The position numbers and the translations under genes were made by a program. The notes under the pieces are model-generated. The model saw only the letters and a program-made list of their open reading frames with translations, ran no database searches and was not told where the DNA came from. Below, in pieces: positions 57,319 to 64,000 of a stretch of DNA of 64,000 nucleotides (position 1 is its first letter; the number at the start of each line of letters is the position of its first letter). This DNA comes from a virus (lineage: Duplodnaviria; Caudoviricetes), in IMG/VR virus record IMGVR_UViG_2934563053_000002, positions 14,455-78,454 of that record; one strand, given 5' to 3'.

Positions 57319-57531
57319 GTGGCCTATTACGCTCACTTCTGGCGCGACTTCGAGGAATGCCGCCTGCCGTTCGACATGGTGGACGATGCCGTGGACTACC
57401 TGCGTAAGGGGTCCGACGCGAGCACGCTGTCTGTGATTGATGTGCTGGACGAGCACGGGACCGTGGTGCTGGAGGACGACTCGCTGAGTGACGCGTTCAG
57501 GTCTTCGAGGCTGAGAGCGGCAAGCGTGTGA
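57319..57531 (+). CDS. Small hypothetical protein
   Basis: GAGGAGG RBS. Confidence 0.55.
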   Translation: MAYYAHFWRDFEECRLPFDMVDDAVDYLRKGSDASTLSVIDVLDEHGTVVLEDDSLSDAFRSSRLRAASV

Positions 57532-57569
57532 GCAGCGACCTGGTGGCGTTCCTGGTGGCGCGTCGCTAG
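57528..57569 (+). pseudogene. Truncated DUF6221-like 5' remnant
   Basis: MSSDLVAFLVARR* resembles N-terminus MTVDLVAFLRERL of 15946-16356. Confidence 0.5.
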
Positions 57570-57794
57570 CCCTGCGCTGCGTGCCGGTGCGGACCCCTGC
57601 TGCTGCGCTGCGCGGCCCGCCACGCGGCCCAGAGCTGGTCGAGTTCTGCGAGCGCCTCCGGCGTCCACACCGTGCGCCCAGCCACGAACCGGCGGATCAC
57701 CTCATTCGCCGCACGCTCCGCATCACCACACGAACACGAACGCGCGACCTCGTCCCCCACCATGCCCGCCAGTCTACGGAGCAGCACTGACGAG

Positions 57795-58013
57795 TCACGA
57801 CCCGCGCGGCCCCCACTCCCACGCCCCGCCACCGCGCCACTCGATCAGGTCGGAGTCGTCGAGCCGCACGTCAGCCCGCTCCAAGCCGACGCTCTCCAGT
57901 AGGTCGAGGAGGTCCATCACGTTGTGGGCGGTACCGAGGATCTGCCCGCGGGCGACGACCCGCCTGCCACCCTCGGCGTCCGGGCCGTGAACGACCACCG
58001 GTGCAGCAGTCAT
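57795..58013 (-). CDS. Small conserved Streptomyces-type protein
   Basis: PVVVH....GGRRV...ILG.A...DL...L..GL...IEWRGGG...W; GGAGG RBS. Confidence 0.7.
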   Translation of the reverse strand: MTAAPVVVHGPDAEGGRRVVARGQILGTAHNVMDLLDLLESVGLERADVRLDDSDLIEWRGGGAWEWGPRGS

Positions 58014-58139
58014 ACCTCCAGCCTGCGACAGACTGGCCAAGCATGCACCCGCAGAGTACTCGTCTCTCTCAGTAGGCGAAGAGTTACGGCCTTACCCCAT
58101 ATCCTGACAGTGTCGAGCTGTGCAGAGAGGGGCAAGGCC

Positions 58140-59384
58140 GTGTCTCAAGATGGTACCCCGGACCCTTACACCGAGCCGCTGGCATTCGGCCAACGGATGC
58201 AACTTCTCCGCGAACGACGGGGCATCCCGCGTACCGTGCTCGCCGGCCTACTCGGCATGTCACCGAGCTGGGTCAAGGCCATCGAGACCGGGCGGCTCCA
58301 GACTCCGAAACTCCCCATGCTCCTGCGCATCGCTGAGATCCTCCGTGTGCGGTCCCTATCCGAACTGACAGGGGACCAGCGCACAGACGTAGACCTGTTC
58401 ACCGGCCCTGGGCACGCACGCCTGCCCGCAGTGGCTGCGGCGGTAGATCGCTTCCCTCTGAACGCTGGACGTGAGGCGCCTCCGCGAGACCATGTTGCGG
58501 CCAGGCTGGCCCAGGCATGGACAGCCCGGCACAAGGCTGCGAACCATCGAGACGTCATCGGTGCGCTGTTGCCCGATCTGATCCGAGACGCTCAGCTTGC
58601 TGTGCGACAGGCGGACACGGCCGCTGACCGACGCGCGGCACAGGCCGTACTGTCCGAGGTGTACTGCCTGGCGCAGTTCTTCGTCGCCTATCAGCCTGAT
58701 CCGGCCCTCCTGTGGCGCGTCGCCGAGCGAGGCATGGTCGCTGCGCAAGAGTCCGAGGACCCGCATGCCATCGGAGTCGCCGCGTGGCTCACGGCTCAAG
58801 CCCACCGCGACTCCGCCCACTTCGATGCGGCGGACGACGTCACCATGGCCACCCTGGAGTACCTCGCGCCAGTTCTCCCGGACGCCGACCCTCGCGTACT
58901 TGCCATCACGGGAGCCCTGGAGTTCGAAGCGGGGTACACGGCAGCGCGGCGAGGCGACACCGGCTCGGCATGGGGATGGTGGGACAAAGCGCGAGCGAAA
59001 GCAGATCGCCTCCCCGATGGGTACTACCACCCGGTCACGTCTTTCTCCCGGCCCATCATGGGTGCCCATGCGCTGACGGTTGCTGTGGAACTGCATGCAG
59101 GTGGGGAGAGTGTGCGGCAGGCTGCCGCTGCGGACGCGACGACGATCCCTTCTCGTCCTCGACGATCACGGCACCGCATTGAAGAGGCCCGCGGCTACCA
59201 GTTGGACGGGCAGCCGGAAGCCGCGTTGGCCACGCTGGACAAGGCGTTTCAGGCGGCTCCGGAGACGATCCGCTACAACGGGTACGCGCGGCGAATCGTC
59301 CTTGAGGAGACGGAAGCGAAGAGCCCGGATCGTCGCCGCAGGGCCTCCGAACTCGCGGTGAAGATCGGCGTCCTGGCTGTCTGA
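58140..59384 (+). CDS. XRE-family HTH regulator with C-terminal helical/TPR-like domain
   Basis: GQR...LRERRG..R.VLAGLLGMS.SWVKAIETGR; LLPDLIRDA; RRSRH.IEEAR; APE. Confidence 0.88.
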   Translation: MSQDGTPDPYTEPLAFGQRMQLLRERRGIPRTVLAGLLGMSPSWVKAIETGRLQTPKLPMLLRIAEILRVRSLSELTGDQRTDVDLFTGPGHARLPAVAAAVDRFPLNAGREAPPRDHVAARLAQAWTARHKAANHRDVIGALLPDLIRDAQLAVRQADTAADRRAAQAVLSEVYCLAQFFVAYQPDPALLWRVAERGMVAAQESEDPHAIGVAAWLTAQAHRDSAHFDAADDVTMATLEYLAPVLPDADPRVLAITGALEFEAGYTAARRGDTGSAWGWWDKARAKADRLPDGYYHPVTSFSRPIMGAHALTVAVELHAGGESVRQAAAADATTIPSRPRRSRHRIEEARGYQLDGQPEAALATLDKAFQAAPETIRYNGYARRIVLEETEAKSPDRRRRASELAVKIGVLAV

Positions 59385-59398
59385 GCGTCACTCGTATG

Positions 59399-59423
59399 GA
59401 GGGGGCACATTCTGTGCCCCCTC
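59399..59423. promoter_or_regulatory. Perfect palindrome after XRE gene (operator or terminator)
   Basis: GAGGGGGCACA-TTC-TGTGCCCCCTC. Confidence 0.55.
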
Positions 59424-59482
59424 TCGCCTTTCGCGGCCCCTACCTTCGGTGACTACCTGATCACGAACGTTGAGGGGTCGTC

Positions 59483-59782
59483 ATGGAGGCCGGGCAACAA
59501 GGCACTTCACGCTACGCGCGCGGTAACTACGTGGCGGATGAGGCCACGCGGCGGACCATGCCGTCGGAACCCGCGTGGGTGGGACGGGTGCAGCTCGTCT
59601 CCACAGGGCCCCCGCTGCGGTACGTCCTGGTGACCGCGACCGGCTACGAGTGGCGGACCGACCCCGGCGACATGCGCCCTGCCACCGCCGAGGAACGCGA
59701 CGAGTACGACGCCGCGCTGGAGCACAGGCTCCGCGGGCTGCGTGAACTCGGACGCCGTCTGACGGGGAGCCGCCGCGCATGA
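59483..59782 (+). CDS. Hypothetical protein
   Basis: G.YV.D...VGRV...GYEW...MRPAT.EE; GAGGGG RBS. Confidence 0.6.
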   Translation: MEAGQQGTSRYARGNYVADEATRRTMPSEPAWVGRVQLVSTGPPLRYVLVTATGYEWRTDPGDMRPATAEERDEYDAALEHRLRGLRELGRRLTGSRRA

Positions 59783-60080
59783 GCGCCCTGAAGATCCGCG
59801 TCTCCCGCGACGGCGGCCGAACCTGGAGCAGGCAGCGCACACTCCGCGGCGCCGAGCGTTGCCCCGTCACCTCGACGTGGCCGCCCTGCGCATGTCCGCG
59901 CTGCCGAGGGGGCGCCCGTAATGCCGGCTGATCCCGCGACGTCCACGGCCCGCCGCGGTGCCTGGTACGGCACCTGCCCCCGCTGCTCCCGGCCGCTGAC
60001 GCTGACCAGCAGCAGCGACGAGAAGGGCCGCGTCGTCAGCATCCGCTGCCGCGAGTGCGACGCCCAGAAGGACAAGCCCC

Positions 60081-60476
60081 GTGCCTGACAACCCCGACAG
60101 CCCCGTCCAGTCCCTGCGCCGCCAGTTGCGCGAGCACCTGCACCGGCACGGACGCCGCAGCCTCGGCTCGCCGTTCCTCAACGCCTTATGGAACCTGACG
60201 GGCCCCGGCCCGCGGGCCGACTGCCTGCGGCGCGTCGCCTGGCACGCCCGCCACCAGAAACTGACCTGGCCGGCCAGCCGCGGCACCCGCTACGCAGCCG
60301 ACCTCCAACAGGCCGCACGACTCCACAGCGATCTCGGCGCGTTCGTGGTGCCGCTGGACAGCCTGCCCGAGGACAGCGGGCAGCAGTTGGAGGCCGCCCT
60401 GGTCCTCCTCGCCGCCTGCCCCGACCGCCGCGCCGCACTGCCTGTCGAGATCGCCCAGCCGGGAGACACCACATGA
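60081..60476 (+). CDS. Hypothetical protein containing a TTA codon
   Basis: AAGGA RBS; TTA at 60186. Confidence 0.5.
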   Translation: MPDNPDSPVQSLRRQLREHLHRHGRRSLGSPFLNALWNLTGPGPRADCLRRVAWHARHQKLTWPASRGTRYAADLQQAARLHSDLGAFVVPLDSLPEDSGQQLEAALVLLAACPDRRAALPVEIAQPGDTT

Positions 60477-60805
60477 CCGTGACCAGCGTCGACCCGGACT
60501 GCGAGTACGTGCCGTGCGTCTACTGCCAGCAGTACCGGGACCAGATCACCAGCGCCCAGCACCAAGGCGAGACCGCGCTGGAGGCCGTGCTCCACGAGGT
60601 GCTGCACCTCCACTGGCAGGAGAAGCACGCCGGTCCGCGGCGGCTCCACGCCGCACCTGACTCCCGTCCCGGCCGGAGCGACAGCCAGATCACGGACTCC
60701 GTGGCGGACCGGTCGGGACGGGTCTCCAGCTCCGACGAGAGAGAGGAGCCGGAAGTCCCCGCCACCAGGCAGGCCGACACGCGCGGCGTCCACTCCATCG
60801 CGTGA
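60473..60805 (+). CDS. Hypothetical protein
   Basis: ATGA overlap; CVYC...H...H. Confidence 0.5.
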   Translation: MTVTSVDPDCEYVPCVYCQQYRDQITSAQHQGETALEAVLHEVLHLHWQEKHAGPRRLHAAPDSRPGRSDSQITDSVADRSGRVSSSDEREEPEVPATRQADTRGVHSIA

Positions 60806-61023
60806 CGGCCGCAGCCCGGAGGCGGGTCCCCGAGAAAACCAGCAGGAGGAGGAGCACCATGCATGCGCTGATCCTGTCCGCCGATCCCGAGGACGACGAG
60901 CCTACCCAACCGGCCGAAGACGCCGACTGCGGCAGCGGCCAAGGCTGCGGCGGCGACCGGTAACAACTCGATACGCGGGGCGCTCTGTTCGCCGGGGCGC
61001 CCCGCCCGATCAGGAAGGCCAGC

Positions 61024-61371
61024 ATGCACTGGCACGCCTACACCTACACCGGGGGCCAGTGGCCCAAGGACAGCGAGGCCCGCAACGTCCAGGCCGCGGT
61101 GCCACCGAACGTGGTCAGCCACTGGTTCCGGAAGCCGCAGTCCATGCGGGCCGGCACGTTCACCGACGCGAGCGAGGTGGTCGCGTGGCTGGACAAGGAG
61201 GTGCGTGCCGCACCGCCCTCGGAGGTGGAGGGGAAGCTGGAGTATCTCCGGGACTGCGTGGATCGGGGTGCTGACGGCTATGCGGGGTATTACTGGCGCG
61301 GGCAGGTCGTGGTGCGGTGCGCACTGGTGTGTCCACGCGATGGTGAGCGTTGCCCGGATCCGCCCCGATGA
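61024..61371 (+). CDS. Hypothetical protein
   Basis: MHWHAY...PP....HWFRKP; AGGAAGG RBS. Confidence 0.65.
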   Translation: MHWHAYTYTGGQWPKDSEARNVQAAVPPNVVSHWFRKPQSMRAGTFTDASEVVAWLDKEVRAAPPSEVEGKLEYLRDCVDRGADGYAGYYWRGQVVVRCALVCPRDGERCPDPPR

Positions 61372-61415
61372 CTGCCCTGGCCGGTCGTGCCTCCCCCGTC
61401 GCGGGCGGCCAGGGC

Positions 61416-61649
61416 TCACTCCCGCACGAGGTCGGCGAGGGGTACGCCGATCGCGCCGGCGATGCGCAGCAGCCAGGACAGGCGCGCGTCGGTGGTGCCG
61501 GCCTCGATGCGTTGGAGGGTGATGCGGTCGACTCCGGCGCGGTCGACGAGGTCGAGCTGGGTGAGGTTGGCCCGCATGCGTTCGTGCTGGACACGGCGGC
61601 CGATGGCGCGTTGGCGCTCTCGGATCGGGTCGTGTTGGGGGGCGGGCAC
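61416..61649 (-). CDS. Small XRE-family HTH regulator
   Basis: IGRRV..ER...NLTQ.DL..RAGVDR.TLQRIE.G...L..LLRIA.AIGV. Confidence 0.85.
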   Translation of the reverse strand: MPAPQHDPIRERQRAIGRRVQHERMRANLTQLDLVDRAGVDRITLQRIEAGTTDARLSWLLRIAGAIGVPLADLVRE

Positions 61650-61682
61650 CCGGCCAGCGTTGACGGAAGATGATCACTAGTC

Positions 61683-61700
61683 AGCATCTGCACAGATGCT
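61683..61700. promoter_or_regulatory. Palindromic operator upstream of small XRE gene
   Basis: AGCATCTG-CA-CAGATGCT in an AT-rich patch. Confidence 0.55.
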
Positions 61701-61907
61701 TTATATGATCTTGTCAAGGTTGTCGGCAGGCAACCACCCGAACGAATGACAGTTCGAGCGTGGGGGTTGCTGGCATATGCACCCACGGGTATCGGTGGAT
61801 GGTCGCCCAGGCGGCCCGCCGGGCCTACGTATGGAGGCGTGGAGCCCGGCGGGCGGGCCCCGCCCCGCCCCTTGGCCAGGGGCGGGGCGGGCGCCGTAAC
61901 TCTGTTG

Positions 61908-62132
61908 TCAGGCGGCAGCGCGACCGGAGAGCAGGTCGACGAGACTTGCGGTCACCACACGGTAGGCGCGGCCGAACCGCAGCACCTCCACCGGCGCGGA
62001 GTCCGCCGCGATCTGAGCCCGCAGGTGCGAAGCGGAGATCCCGATCGCCGTAGCCGCTTCGCTGACGCTGACTGTGGCCGGCCACCGCTCGACTTCGCGG
62101 AGGGTCGGGCGGCGGGTCACTCGGCTTGGCAT
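61908..62132 (-). CDS. Excisionase-like DNA-binding protein
   Basis: WPATVSVSEAATAIGIS......I.....PVEVLRFGR.YRV.TASL..LL. Confidence 0.8.
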   Translation of the reverse strand: MPSRVTRRPTLREVERWPATVSVSEAATAIGISASHLRAQIAADSAPVEVLRFGRAYRVVTASLVDLLSGRAAA

Positions 62133-62356
62133 GTGTCCTCCTCGGTGATGCCGAGGGCGTCGGCCCAGCGGAGAGCATTGGCGGCGCTGGGGACCGAGGC
62201 GCCGGTCTCCCAGCGGTGGATGGTGGAGCGGCTGATGCCGATCGAGTCGGCGACGTCCTGGAGGGACAGGTGCCGGGCGGCGCGGTGTCGGCGCGCTTCG
62301 CCCTTGGTGATGAGCGTGCGGGCGGTGGTGATCCGCTGGAGTTCGGCGGGCGTCAT
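62117..62356 (-). CDS. XRE/Cro-like HTH protein
   Basis: GEARRHR...LSLQDVA..IGISRSTIHRWETG..VP. Confidence 0.85.
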   Translation of the reverse strand: MTPAELQRITTARTLITKGEARRHRAARHLSLQDVADSIGISRSTIHRWETGASVPSAANALRWADALGITEEDTCQAE

Positions 62357-62602
62357 GCGTTCGAGAGTGGCAGTCCCGCGTATGTCCCGCTACTGTTCCG
62401 CCGGAATTCGGTACGGGAATTCACCCGCAATCTTTCAGTATCTTTCTGGGCCTTTCTAATTCTGGCTCCCGTGATTGTTCCCCGAGCGTTGCGCCCGGCT
62501 GGAAGGGTCGGAAAGAATGACGACTGCGCACGCGTGGCCAGCAGTTGAAGCCCGCAGCGGCGTCAGACACCGCACACCACCACCGCACCACGAGGGCACT
62601 CC

Positions 62603-64000
62603 ATGGCCGACCCGATCAAGAAAATCACCCTGCGAGACGGCAGCACCCGCTGGCGATTCGTCGTCGACGCCGGAGTAACGCCGGAGGGAAAACGCAAGCA
62701 GATCACCGGCACGAAGGACACGAAAGCCGAAGCCGTCGCCGAGCGCGCCCGCATCGTCCACCAGCGCACCGCCGGCACCCTCGTCGTCCCCTCGAAGATG
62801 ACCGTCGACGAACTCCTCGACACCTGGCTCAAGACCGCCACCCGCGATGTCGAGGAGGGCACGGCCACCAACTACGACAACGCCATCCGCCCCATCCGTC
62901 GCAGGCTCGGGCACATGCGGGTGCAACAGCTCACGGAGGAGGACGTCGAAGCGTTCATCGACTGGATGGTCACCGAGGGCAGGCAGCGCGGCGGCAAGCC
63001 GGGCACTGGCCTGAGTGTCCGCTCCGCACGGTTGTCCCTCGGTCGGCTGAGGTCGGCCCTCACTCTGGCGGTGCGCCGCGGCATCGTGGTGCGGAACGTG
63101 GCCGAGCACGTGAGGGTTTCCCGGGAGGCGCAGCGCAAGGCCGCGTCTGTCACCAAGACCCGCGGCGCGCCGTGGGATCAGGACGAGGTGCGGCAGTTCC
63201 TCGCGGGCATCGTCAACCACCGGCTGTGCGGCCCGATGATGTTGGCGTTCATCGCGGAGCGGCCGGCTGAGGTGTGCGGCACCCGGTGGGCAGAGGATGT
63301 CGACCTCGACGCGGGCACGATCGCCGTGGGCGACAACACCCGCACCATCGTCTACGACCGCACCCTGGAGAAGGGCAAGCGCAACAAGGTCGTCGAGAAG
63401 ACAGCCAAGACCGAAGCCGGCCGCCGTGCCCTGCCCCTGCCCATCCCCGTACTCCGGGCGCTCTCGGTGGCTCGCACGGTCCAGGCGCAGGAGAAGGAGT
63501 ATGCGGGCCGCGGCTACGAGGACAGCGGCTACGTCCTCGTCGACGAGTTGGGGAGGCCGTTCAAGACGGACAAGCTGCGGCGCGAGGCGTACAAGTTGAT
63601 GGATGCGACGGGCGTGCGGCGGGTGCGGCTGTATGACGCGCGGCACGCGGTCCTCACGTGGATGGCGAACAACGGCGTGCCCGACACCGTCGTCTCCGCG
63701 TGGGCCGGGCACACCGACCTGTCGTTCACGAAGCGGGTGTATGTGCACTCCGACCCGCACAGTCTCCGGGCCGGGTCGGAGAAGCTGGGGGAGCTGCTGG
63801 CGAGTCCGGAGCCGCGGGTGCCGGATCTGCCGGCGCCGCGGGCGGACGCGGAGCGGGTGGAGTGGTCGCCGGGTGGGCGGCGGTTGCGGACGCACTGCCG
63901 CCACGGGCACGAGTACACGCCGGAGAACACCTACATCGCTCCGGGGACCGGGTACCGGCAGTGCCGGGCGTGCCGGAGCGGCAACCAGCAGTCGGGGTAG
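62603..64000 (+). CDS. int: Tyrosine integrase with C-terminal Cys/His zinc-binding extension
   Basis: Arm-binding N-terminus (GKRKQ); catalytic ERPAEV, AKTEAG, RLYDARH, WAGH...VY; tail [14 protein letters not shown]...CRAC. Confidence 0.92.
   Translation: MADPIKKITLRDGSTRWRFVVDAGVTPEGKRKQITGTKDTKAEAVAERARIVHQRTAGTLVVPSKMTVDELLDTWLKTATRDVEEGTATNYDNAIRPIRRRLGHMRVQQLTEEDVEAFIDWMVTEGRQRGGKPGTGLSVRSARLSLGRLRSALTLAVRRGIVVRNVAEHVRVSREAQRKAASVTKTRGAPWDQDEVRQFLAGIVNHRLCGPMMLAFIAERPAEVCGTRWAEDVDLDAGTIAVGDNTRTIVYDRTLEKGKRNKVVEKTAKTEAGRRALPLPIPVLRALSVARTVQAQEKEYAGRGYEDSGYVLVDELGRPFKTDKLRREAYKLMDATGVRRVRLYDARHAVLTWMANNGVPDTVVSAWAGHTDLSFTKRVYVHSDPHSLRAGSEKLGELLASPEPRVPDLPAPRADAERVEWSPGGRRLRTHCRHGHEYTPENTYIAPGTGYRQCRACRSGNQQSG

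Larger units (their letters stand above)
1..64000. mobile_element. Temperate siphovirus-like prophage/phage (Streptomyces-type), boundaries not visible
   Basis: Replication, terminase-portal-capsid-tail-tape measure-lysis genes in canonical order, plus integrase/excisionase; dense overlapping ATGA/GTGA stop-start junctions. Confidence 0.95.

Overview
High-GC window, almost entirely a temperate siphovirus-type prophage or phage of a Streptomyces-like actinomycete; the host is inferred from gene content and GC. Left to right: replication module (HTH initiator with internal palindromic iterons, DnaC/IstB-like loader); an early operon of overlapping small genes (ASCH, SLOG/DUF2493, XF1762/Mom-like GNAT, tandem LuxR, a truncated PglX-like methyltransferase homolog, a tRNA-Leu(UAA)); a complete graspetide RiPP cluster (precursor, ATP-grasp ligase, PIMT-like methyltransferase) with a divergent large regulator; two small repressor/operator switch cassettes, one preceding a TraB-less plasmid-spread-like membrane module; head and tail genes with a -1 frameshifting tail chaperone; an antisense glycosylation operon; lysis cassette; small accessory genes; and an xis/HTH/tyrosine-integrase module at the right edge. 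No att site or CRISPR array was identified. All family assignments come from motif recognition by eye and need HMM confirmation.
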